This document shows positions 12,001 through 24,000 of a DNA stretch of 32,502 nt, piece by piece. The DNA is from an uncultured Planctomycetales bacterium. GTDB taxonomy: Bacteria; Omnitrophota; Gorgyraeia; Gygaellales; Profunditerraquicolaceae. The position numbers and the translations under genes were made by a program. Within the stretch, counting starts at the first letter, position 1. Every line of letters begins with the position of its first letter. The stretch lies in contig CAYOMI010000002.1 in the NCBI GenBank assembly GCA_964405005.1, positions 1-32,502 of the forward strand. The letters are read 5' to 3'. A model generated the notes under the pieces. It did not search any database. It was not told where the DNA came from and saw only the letters and a program-made list of their open reading frames with translations.

Positions 12001-15000
12001 TTCTCTTTTACCTTTTGAAAGCTCAATTGCTCAATCCTGCCTTGGTGTATCAACTGTTTAATTTTATCCCAGGCCTCTTTGGTAGTCCTTATTATATCAG
12101 TAGATAAAGGTATTTTTCCTTCAGCAGTAATGTAAGCATTGTCGCTGGCAAAATGCAGGTGAAACTCATCAAAGCGGATGACATCCTGAGTATTTAGAAC
12201 TTCGCGGAAAGAACCACGCAGTATATTATGCAGGTGACCGAAAGAAACATCATCAATCAAAATTACGGCTTTAGGATCTTTAAACAGCGCCTCCAATAAA
12301 TTTGCTTCACCGTTTCCTATAGGGACGAGCCCTAAACCAAAAGTGTCAAAAATCTCCTTGTATTTGGCTTTGGAGACCTGTTCTCCATCCCTAACCACCA
12401 GAGTCATATTCTTTCTGAAATTAATCTTGCCTTCTTTATCTACTCCTTCTGCTCCCCATAAAGCATGTATAACCAGTTCAATCATTCCAGGAAGGGTTTT
12501 TCCTCCTCCGGAGCGTAAGAGGGGATTCTTTTCTTTAAATAAACCACAGAGCATCTGTAATCCTTCTGTAGTCTTTTCAGGTTCCTTAATTTTTCCATCT
12601 TCACCAAATCTTAATTTTGCTTCTACTGCATATGTCTTTAAGCCCACTTTGAATAAATCAAAGTAGTAGTCACCTGCATATTTCCCTTTGCCTATAATCC
12701 CCTTGGCTTCTTTTGCTAAATCCGCTCTTATCGCTTGATCGCTTCTGCCCTCAAATGAAGTTATGCTCTGATTAAATTCTCGGATGAAATTATCTAGGTT
12801 AGCATTTAAAATGCCTGATTTAGGCTTCATTGTTCCGTTGGGATTAAATTCTACATTTAGTTTGCCCTCGTTATTTATTAACCCTACTTCCTGCGCCTTC
12901 TGCAAGGTTGAAATCTGAGCAATCAATCCTTTAGCTGCCTTCTTCAAAGTTGCATCCACTAATAAATCTTCTCCTTTGACACTCTCGCCGTCTTTTGTGT
13001 TGCATATTTTCTCCAATAGTTGTTGTGCCTCGCCTATTTTGCCGTTATCAACTAATTCTCCAAATACTCTCGTTCTTAACTTATGCTGAAGTTGAAATTC
13101 TAACCCGCTATTGGGGTCATTAATTATTTTCTCTATTTCTGAACGTTTAAATTCATACCTATAGCCGCCTTTTACCTTTAGCGTAATAATTTCTTCTTCT
13201 TGGCCATTGGCTGGTGTTTCTTTAAATTGTTTTTTAAGTTTCTGAATTTCTTTCATAGAATTGGCCTTAAAGAGGGCAAATCTTGCTATGGTAGAAATCA
13301 GCACTGGATCATTAATATCCAAGGTATCTGGAATATCCTTACCTGTCTGGAGATAATAATCCCGGACCCTATCCATCTTTCTAGTTGCCTCTGCATCTGG
13401 ATTCGAGGTTTGAGTTTTAAGCCTCGCAAAATAACCCTCGACATATCCTTTATGTAATGAATCTGCTTTGCTATGGAGTTTAGCAAGTTCCTCTTGGCCT
13501 GCTCCCTCTAGATACCTTTGCCAATAATCATAGCGCGCCTGATAATAATCCTTTTCTGTTTTGCTTATAGGTTTCCCAAGTGCTTTGCTGTAATTATCTC
13601 TTCGTGTTGCAAAATCTATTACTAAACTTTCATATCTACTTCTTAATTCTCCGGTTAATTCTACCTCAATCTGGTCTCCTATATTTATTTTCCTTATTTT
13701 TCCCTGTTCGGTTTCAGCGCCAGATTTAATCTCTCTCTCACTTTCACTAACTAAATCACTACCTTCATATTGTTTATAACCGATTTTAACCTCTCTGAGT
13801 CCGCCGACACTCCTTTGCCGCTCAATTAATACCTCAGCAATCCTCTCTGCGCCCTGGCCTCTTTTTAATTCGCCAATATCTATTCTTGCGGAAAGTTTAT
13901 CCTCGCCTACCTTAAACTCTACTGTCTCGCTACCTGTCTCTGTCTCAGTAACCACCTTTAAGGATTTAGAGGTAAGTAATTTAGGGTTCCTTTCTATAAG
14001 ACCTGCGTTAAACCCTCTTAACTGAGCATACTCTTCCATTAAAGGCATCAATCTATTTGCCTTATCTCTCAATGCCTTTAACTGCTGCATTGTTTCTTGA
14101 CTGGCCCCACTATTCTCCAATGCATCTTCTGCCTGCTGGGTTGCTCTTCCTTTTCCAAACAAAAATATCTCAAGGTGTTTTTGTATTGCTTTCTGTTTTG
14201 AAGTTTGTTCTGGTAAAAGAATTTCTGCACGGCTAATGATTGCTTTCTTTGCTGCTTCTTTATCACCGCTATTAAATGCATCTCTTATACCTTTTTCTCC
14301 TCTATAAACTTTACTAATTGGCTTTTCAGAAGATCCATAAATGGTCACTTCGCCCTCAGGAGGAGCATTCTCTTCACCAGAAAGAATTATTTTTCTCTTG
14401 CTAGGGCTGGGAAATTCTCTCTCTATTTTTTCCTGAATGCCTGCTTCCTTTCTCGATATTTCCGCAATTGAACTATATTTATTAAATCTCTGGAATTCTT
14501 TTAATGTGGCGCCTCTGTTTATCTCGCCAGGGCCTTGGGGTCCGCGTCCCTCATGCACAAGAAGCAACTCAAGATGCTCAGGTAAAATATTGCCTGTCTT
14601 TATAGCCAATCTAACCCAACCTATAGCATTTTCCTCTTTAGACGAAGGAGCAACTGCTTTATAATTTGCCATCCCTTTCTCAAAGTTCTCTCTATTTGTA
14701 AAATTATTGTAGACCCTGTTAGTTAAAACATCTGTATAAAGACCAGCCCTCTTTATACTATCCAGAATCCTTGCCACGCCAGTTACATAACCGGAAATAT
14801 AAAACAGAGAATCAATTTCTGCTACGATAGAGTTTTTATTCATTATGGCAGCGAGTTTTCCCAATTTTCCTGGCGCAAGCGCGGATAGCCATTTATTTTT
14901 GGCAAACGCCCAATCCGCAGCTGATACTATTTTGGTTGCAACGCCACGTGAAGCACCCAATTTCACACTCAGACTTTGATAACCGGTCTCAGGCGCTAAC

Positions 15001-18000
15001 TCGCGGGGTGTATTCATTGCTATCCTCAGCAAAACCCCCATAAATTTGCCGTGCTTGGCAGCAGCAATATACTGCAGTGCCTGCGCCCGGTCAATAGAGA
15101 AAAGTTCGCCAGCAGTAAGAGGTCTATAATGTATCTGTCTTGTTATGGGATCTTGTTCTTCTTTGCGGAAAGGATACCATTTGTCTGCAAATTTCCAACC
15201 CCAGACCGGTTGATCCATATTAATGTAAAATACATGGTCAACAGTTTTCTCAACTGCTCCTATGGTTGTATCCCAGACCGGCTTAGCCTTATCCATAACT
15301 AGAGAAATAAATGGCCACTTTACAGTTCCTTTTAAAGGCTCGGCCACAAATTGATGCACAAGTCTCTGTTTTGGCCCTTCAGCTAACTTTACCTCTTCAT
15401 TTGCCAAAGTCCCGTAATGTTTAACATTCTTACCCACATTATTAAAGTATTTATTACCCGCCTTTGACAAGGCAAACTGCACTAACTTTGCATAAACCGC
15501 ACCTCTTATTCCGCTTACTACAATCTGTCCAGGACTGGCTTTACCGGGTATTAAACCATTACCTGAGATTAAATTACCATCTTCATAAACCAAGGGTTCT
15601 GCTCCAAAGGACCTGCCTGTTTTCTTTTCTAAGTAACCAATACCAAAATCTCTTCCTATATTTATCCCTGCGCCAGTGGCTATAACACCGACATTACGTA
15701 TTAATCCGCTGTAGTCGGAGAATTTGCCTGTAAGATTTCTATTTCCTCTTAAAAATTCGGAAAGCTTGCCAGAAGAGGCTAGAAAACGCGCGTATGCTCC
15801 CCAAGTAGCTGCCTCCATCGCTGCTTCTTTCCATTCATTAGTCTTAAAACTATCTAAATCTATTGCCAATCTTGCCGCAACAGCAGTGGCTGTCCAGGTT
15901 GCGAGAGTAAAAGTCCTCTGCGCTGCCCACGTCCATCTATTTATTATCAGCCTATCATCTACAACGCCGTAGTATGGATTAAAAGAGAAATTTAATATCT
16001 TACCGAATCTATTCTCTGTCCAGAATTTTGATTTTGCAAAATCAGTATAATTTGCTACTCCTCCGGCAAAACCAATTATTCCGCCAAAGAACGCTCCGCC
16101 TTTTGCTCCTGCCATCCAGCTTTCGCCCTTTAGACCTTGAACGATTTTAACTAAACCTCTCCCTGCCTGACCTCTAAATACATCCTTTATGCCTCCTCCT
16201 AAACTTAAAAAATCTAAACCCGTAAAACTCTGAATATTAAATTTAACTGTATCGCCAAAACTTGCATTATTTAACTCAGGGGCGTGCAACACATTATTGG
16301 TTGCCATATCCACATTACCAAAGAGAATAGCATTATTAACTATACCTTTATAAGTAGTAAATTTTATTGCCGCGGGTTTCAAGTTCGGCGCAATATTCTC
16401 TGTAGGAATAAATCTTCCATCAGCGGTTTTCTGCAGTAATCCTTTGGCTGCAGCCCTATTATTAAGGTGTATATTAAACATATGTAAACCAAAAATAGTC
16501 CCAAAGGTAATCAGTGTTTGAGGAAGATATTTCTTATTTACATCCCAACCCCAGAGCGGCTCCTGGTTCCAAATCATATTGAGAGTTTTGTTCACCAATA
16601 ATTCTCCTCCTGCAAAAGCCAATCCGGATAGAGCGGCACTTCCTTTTGTCGCAGGGCTAAGTAGCCAGTTGGCCTTTGAAGAAAGATTTAAACTGCTTCC
16701 TACTTTACGAAGAAGTAACAATTCTGCCAGTATCTCAAATGCATTACCTGTCCAGCCAGCAGCTTTCAGGTACCCTTCCCGCTGCTCTTTTGCCCAAGTA
16801 AAAGGATGCCAGTCTCCTCTCCACATATTCCATATTTCCTCACCAAGGGCCTTATTTTGCTCGTGAAAGACCTCTTTGTGTCTCCAATAAGAAGGCATAC
16901 AAGCATAAATAATAATCTTCTCTAATGCCCAGCCAGGTGATTCTACTATGCCTCTTGCTGAATTAAACGCAGTTCCTGCCAGCCTGAAAGGAAACTCTAT
17001 TTCCGCACCTGTTACCATTAGAGCCAGATTAAGATTGGGAGCGTATAAAGCTTTTTCTATAGGGACGAGTTTTCTCGTAATCCACCAAGACCTGTTGATA
17101 TAATCTTGTAAATCCTTCTGCGTTTCTCCAATCCATATGCTTGTGCTTTTGGCTATGTCATAGAGGCGTTGGTCTTTCTTATTGGAAGAATTCTTTGATT
17201 GCATAATTAAATCTGCGGCAGCTAAAACCTCCTCCAGTGAAACATTTCTCTGTTGAAGCTGTCCTCTCAAAAGCTGATTCTCGCCATGCCGAGCCTTCAT
17301 AAGATCCTCTGTTGCAAGCTCTACACATTCTCTATCAAGCTCGATTGCTTCATTAGACTCGGGTGATAGTTTATAGAACTTATCATTATCCCCGCTCTTG
17401 GAATACTTAAAAAAGACTCTGCCATCATTAGCGTAATGCACAATCTGCACAGGTTGACCTTTGTAATAATAACCTAAAACATTATTTTCATCTTCTTTTA
17501 TCTCTAGGCCTCCGGTAAAATGATTTACGCCTTTAGATAGCGGGTCAGTAGTAAAGACTTCACGGTAAGCAGCCTTCGCTGTATAACTTTTGTTAGAGAC
17601 GACTACCTGAATGCCTATTGAACCATCCGGATTCCTGCGCACATTTATCTTTGCATTAGGATTATTTTCTATTTGTCTAAGGATTCCCAAAATACTCAAC
17701 ATGCTATTGTCTCCCAGATTGCTAGCTATACTTAAATACTCTTTGGCTTTCTGGTTATCCTTTCCTAGTAGGTAAGATATGCCAAGGTTGTGATACATTG
17801 CATCTGCGCCGGGAACACTCCTATCCGTTAATCCTTCCATAAGCTGAGCTGCTTCAGTTATTCTTCCGTATTCAAGGCTGCGCTTTGCCATTTCTACTTT
17901 TTTCACATCCTTATTTTGAAAACCACAAACGATTTTTGACTTACCAGCGAGCATTTGCAACAAGTGCTCTCTAACAACTCTTCCTTCGGCATCCTTACCA

Positions 18001-21000
18001 ATAACCCAGACCTTAGAAAGATCCCAACCTGCTTCTTTATATCTCTTCTCAAGTGAAGAATCTCCACTTCCGCGTATAGCAAGTTCTATAATATCTTTTC
18101 CGTTATGCAGGGAGACATGGCCTATGGGATTATCGTCGCGCGTCATATATACAATGCTATATTTATTAGTACCGATTTTTTCCATTAATTCACAAGTAAG
18201 CAAACTAATGCCTACACAGTTGAGCCCCTTCTTACTGTCTTTATCTGGATTTATTCCTCCAATATGTAAGTTGGTATTATTATAGATTAAATCTAAAATA
18301 AATTTCTCCTTTAATTCCTGAGAAATATTCAATTTTTGCATCTGCTGACCAAAATTATCCCAGGTTAATCCGCCGGATACACCCAAACGCACAATCAAAT
18401 TTTCTATTGGTATATATTGACTCTTTGGGTCTCTCCTTTCAAATAATTGATTATACAAATCCGTCAACCATTTCTTAGAGTCGGTGGAAAGATGGCTGTA
18501 AAAACCAATATCAGCGCCAGAGAGCACTATCCCACGTTGGCCGAGGAATAAAACGTACGAACCATTTTTAAAGTAAAGTTTTTGGTCATTGGGGCTGCCG
18601 CCGACTATCTGTTCCCTGTGCTCCACCTCATTGCCATTAATTGCTACAACCTGCGCCTCACTTCTAGCCCTATGCTCAAAAGTTACAGTGGTGGTATCTT
18701 TTACATTTTGTGTATTCCCAGAGATATATTGCCTATCATAGCGGTATCCACCCCGAAGAAGTGTAATACTCGGGCTACTTTGTCCTTCCTGCCAGTTGAT
18801 TTTGTATTTGCTTGCGGATAACCAATGGCCCTCTGTTCTCTGACCACCAGCAGTAATATATTCGGGTATGATTATTTCAGTTTTTCCTTTCGCCTTGGGG
18901 GGAGAAACAGAAATTCCTTGTTCAATTTTCTTCTCCTTCTCTGAAGCATTTTTACTTAATGGAGATATATTGTAGGGTTGAAATCCTCCATTTAAAAGTA
19001 CGGCCACTAATTGTTGGTTTTTCTTTGTAGCAAATAGGGCTAAAACACCAGTTCCTTCAATTGGTTCTGCATCAGCATTAACTCCAAACAATCTAGATAT
19101 GGCTTTAGTAAGTGCAACCCCGGCGTTGGTGTTTTTCTTATCTTTATTATAATCTATTAGTGCTATATCTTGTGGCTCCAGAAGATACCCTTTACCTTTC
19201 ATATGCAGCATTGTTACTTTTTGGCCTTCTACAATCTTTTCTTCTAATTTAAACTCTGAAGGATCATAGGTATCGGTCAAATTAAACCCTCCCCAGCAGA
19301 ACCAACTTTTCCAGCCGCGTGGATTTTCTCTCAGGGTTTTTAATTTGAATCTCGCATATGGACTAAGTGTTTTTCTCGCTATAATACCATATTGTTCATC
19401 TGAAGAACGTTTTTTGCCATTTCTGTCACGCAATAAGGCAGAGTGTACATCTTTATTTGCGTCTACCCAAAATAATAACTCATCTCCTTCTCTATCATAT
19501 CCAATCCATTTCTGCCCTGGCCGAAGCTCTGACTCCTGCTTTGTCTCTTTTCCCATTACCAGATCCAGAAAACTTGACTGGTTATTGAAGGCGCCTTGGT
19601 GGAAGAAGATCTTTTGAGTGCCGTTAATGTCTAAGAGAGGGAGACCTAACTCTTTATCAATCACTGCAGGAATTTTATCGAGCCACTTTCCTTTTTCAGC
19701 ATCAAAATATTTCAACGCAGAGAATGAGCCGGGCTTATAGCGGTATTGGATAGTGCCTTTCTCATCCTTGCCTAATACCTCAAATTCATAGGAAATATTA
19801 AAAAGTTTGCCAATAATATTGCCGTCTTTATCCGTAATAAGGTGATTGACGCCCTCGGCTCTTTCACCTACTCCTTTATTATAAGGCCGCTCATTAGCAT
19901 CGAATTTTATCTCTACCGGCTTTTTATTATTCATTCCATAGGGCTTAAGATAAGTTGGGCCAGCGGTGCCCATCTGCTTGGCAATGGCAATTTCAAAATA
20001 AGGAGCCACGCTTTCTTTGGTAAAGGTTATATTACCATAATATCCGTCTAAGCCAGCGCTGGCAGAGAATGTTCCCTGGTGGGAGAAGATAGCAATCTGG
20101 TTGTCGGCAGTCAAAATCCTTTCTTTAGTGCGACGTATCTCAGAAACTCTGTCTTTAACATTAAATAATGGTTTATCATCCTTCTTATTATGCCTGTCTT
20201 CAGGGGCCTTTTTGTCTTTGGGTGTATCATAATCTAGCGTGCGCTTGGCAAATAAATCTATGCGCGCCGTGCCAAAATCCAAACCTACATATTTTCCGTC
20301 ATCACTTACCAAACCACGAATATGCTTTTCTATTCTTCCATTCTCCCTTCCATTATCAAAACCTTCGGCAGAGACTGAGTCTTTCTTATATTTATATTCT
20401 ACGCCGCTCTCTTTGTTGTAACCCGTAATCTCACGAACAAAGGAGACACCAGATAATTTGGCTGCCATCTCCTGGATTTCCGTGCCTTTTCTGTTCTGTT
20501 TATTTATAGGTTTAATGCGGCCATCCTCTCTTACTCCCGGATAATTCACCAGCATATTCACCGCCTCAAACTGCTCGCCTGCGCCCAGGGTAAAGAGCTG
20601 CTCGTGGCTGTTAAATTCTAATACCCTTGCTTTTTCTCCTTTTTTATGCTCTTCTCCGTAAGGTAATACATAAACCCTGCCTTCGCCTATTCTATTTCCT
20701 GTTTCATCTACGATATTCTGTAAACCCAAGGCGATTCTTTCAAAAGAGGTAATTTCTTTACCATTTTCCATTAAGGCCGCATTTGCATAATAGCCATCTA
20801 AAGTTGCTTGGGTAGAGAAGGTTCCCTGATGAGAGAAAATACCCCTTTGATTATCACCAGTAAGAGTATTGCCGCTTACGCCTATATTAATTTTATGACT
20901 TATTGTCTGGTCTGCTCTGGCTGGTTTGTCGGTCTTACTGGGCTCATAACCCAAGCCTGACAATTCCTTCTTTAGTGTGTTTATTTGTTGTTCAATTACT

Positions 21001-24000
21001 TGGCGATTTTGCTTCTTATCTAACTTTTCTAATTTCTTATTCAATTGGTCTATTTGAAAATTTATTTCACCAATTTTATTTTGCCGCTCAACCTCTTTTT
21101 CCTCAATATCAGAGAGATGTTTGCCTAATAAAGCAAAACGGCCATTGCCAAAGCCTAAGATGGGCGCACCTTCTTTTGTAAAGGAGGCGGGTTTTTCTAT
21201 TTTTACTTTAGGGCCTACGCCATCGTCAAAACTATCTGCAGTAAGAAAATCATACGTATAATCAATGCGACCTGTCTGTGCGTTATAACCCTTAATTCTG
21301 CGTATAAAGGAGGCATCCTCTAATTTTCCCAAGCCGCTTCTATTGGTAGTATCACGCTCACCTTTTTTATCTACTTGCACATAGTCCGTAAGTAGATTAA
21401 TTTTATTAAACTGTTCTCCTACGCCCTCAGTAATAACAAAACCGCGCGAATCAAATTCTATTTTATTAATCTTACCGGGAAGCAAAGATATAAGATTGTA
21501 CTCTTCAATTTCGCCTTTTCTCCTTGTTTGGATACCTACTGGAATATTAGTAACTTCTGTGCCTGCGGTATTATTCAGGAAAACATCCTCAAAATTTCCC
21601 GAAAGACTGACATAGGGAGAAGTTAAATTATTCAGGATGAAATCTACTTTTTGTTGATTTACCAAATGCCTGCCGCTTTCTTCTTCTACTCTAAGATTCT
21701 CTTCAAAGACTGGGCCGTGGTGTCTCTGGTAAGGTGGTGGAGAAGTATTGTTTTGGTTAAAGATCTCTTCGGCTGTAGGAATTTTTTGGTCAATAAGCTG
21801 TTTAAAAATTAAAGGATGTTCTTGATTTATCTGAATTATAGGCTTGCCATTTTCAAGGCGGCCTGTTATAGCCAGGTCTTTTATATCTTTTCCCACTAGC
21901 ACCTTGGCATTTTTTGCTGCAAAACTTAAAAACCCTGTTCCATTCGCCCAGAAATCCACGCCTTCTAAAAGCATTTTATCTGGGCTAATTGCAATCTCTC
22001 CGACCTTCTCTCCCTTCTTATTCACTACTGGAGCCTTTATCGTTCCCTTCTCATCCTTAATAAAATAAGAGCCTAAAGCCGTCCCATCCACCCAGCCGGA
22101 TTTAGCATTAGTTCCTGCCACAATACCTTTATCGCCAAAGGTAAAGGTTCCTACGCTACTTAGAGCCGGATTATCAACCCTGCCCCACTTATAATCCTTC
22201 GCCGGATTATTAGAGTCATTCGCTGCCGCAGCAATAATATAACCTCCTGTGCGCTCATGCTTATCATTCACAAAAGCATGCGTGGCCCACTCTGTCATCG
22301 CCCCTTCTGCTCTATAACTTGTGTCCTTATCAAATAAAAGCCGGTTATTTACGCCTACGCTTACCCAATTATTTTTAATTTCAGTCTCCAAGGCTGCCAC
22401 TGGTTTTAAACTGCCATCAGCTGAGCGGATTTCGTAGAGGCCTTTATTAACCAATTCACGAATAAAGAAATCTGGTTGACGGTTGGAATCAGCGTTTATT
22501 GTGGTAGGACCTGTCTCTGCGGGATTCTGCACACCCGCATTATTATTCCCATTTCCCATCTCAATCTTGGGAATAAGCTGGGTTAAATAATAATCTTTGA
22601 CTTGCCAAATCTTTCCATCCTTGTATCTTATATCAAGGTGTTCATTTATGGGTATAGCTTTTAGTTCTTTGCCTGTCTTTTGCTGGTAATAACCCCTGAC
22701 CTCTGCAGAGCCATCTCTCAAAGAATTATTATAATTACTATCTTCTTTCCACCCGCCTGTGGGTGTATAGTTAGCGCGCCAGATATCCTGCCCGGATTTT
22801 GCGCTATAAAGATACGCCAGATTAGCCACATCATTACTCACAGTCCTTAGCCACTCGGGTTTACCCCATTGCATATCGCCTTGGCTGGTGACACTGTATC
22901 GAAGCGCATTATTTTCAGATAATCCAGGAGTAACGGTAATTTCTTTAGTTTGAATATTGCGCAGAACATTGGTAGCGTCTTCAAAGCCCATTTGAACCTG
23001 GCCAGTCGGCACCTGCCAGTTACCCCAAATAGCGGGTGTATAATCCAGGCCTCTTTCTCCTGCACCTAAATAGAATTTTGCTTTGCTATCTTTCTTAATT
23101 CCTTGAATTAAAAGGGTATCCCTATTGGGATTTGTCAACTTACCCGAACCTCCTGCGCCGATTTTTTCTACTAACTGCCGGGTGTAAGCGCTATTATCAC
23201 TTCCTGCACCCATTCCAGTAGGTATATTTACGTGGCTGGGCATCTGAAAATCACCTTGGTTCTCAATTGCTAAAAGCCGACCCTTATTATCCCCAATCAG
23301 TGCTGTAATATCAGCAGTGCGACGGTTAGTATAATCTGAACCCATCCAGGATTCTGTGCTTCCATACAAACGAACCTTCGAATCTTGTCCTGTCTTTATA
23401 TTAACCGCCTTTTCTAGGCTATCCACACTCCCATCTACAAACCAACCCTGTTTAAGGGGCATTCTTGCTAATGCTTTTCCCTGATTAAGAGTTCCATAAA
23501 ATACACGGTCCACACCTTGACCGGTAATATTAACACGCGCGGTTTCACCATTGTCATAGGTGAATGATAGAGCATAAGAACGCTCTGGCCCCAATTGCGG
23601 GCCCACGCCCACAATTACGGGTTTATTTGCTGAGGAATCGGGATTAATGAAGAATATATCTTGGCCTTGACCAGCCGCAAATTTAATTTTATCCCCCACT
23701 CCTGGAGTAACGCCCATATTGGTAAACCTGATAGTACTGTTTGGCTGCGGAGTCAGGGTATAAATACTTTGCGACCACTGCGTAGCAGTTACATTCATTG
23801 ACTCATTATATTTGGAAGGAAGCAAATTTCCTGCGGGGTTAGAATATGCCTCAGGAACTACTGGGTTGCCAATCGCCCTGCCATAAGGCTGCATATCCCA
23901 GACTAGAGGGGTGGAAATGCGGGCATTATAGGAGAGGTCATTAAAATATTTCCCTACCCAGACCGCCATCTCTCCGCTTACCGGGCCGCTATAAGAAAGA

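Noticed and set aside
64-22068. The many 60-146 aa + strand track ORFs (for example 979..1359, 3652..4092, 4852..5274, 7222..7578, 7912..8232)
   Set aside because: Most sit in the same + frame relative to the giant minus-strand ORF, are S/L/F/C-rich low-complexity translations, lack upstream signals and are fully overlapped by coding sequence with real motifs. They are antisense shadow ORFs.
13298-23065. Three small minus-strand track ORFs (13298..13486, 14078..14281, 22847..23065)
   Set aside because: All three are in the same alternative frame, out of frame with and entirely inside the giant ORF, and have no independent signals.
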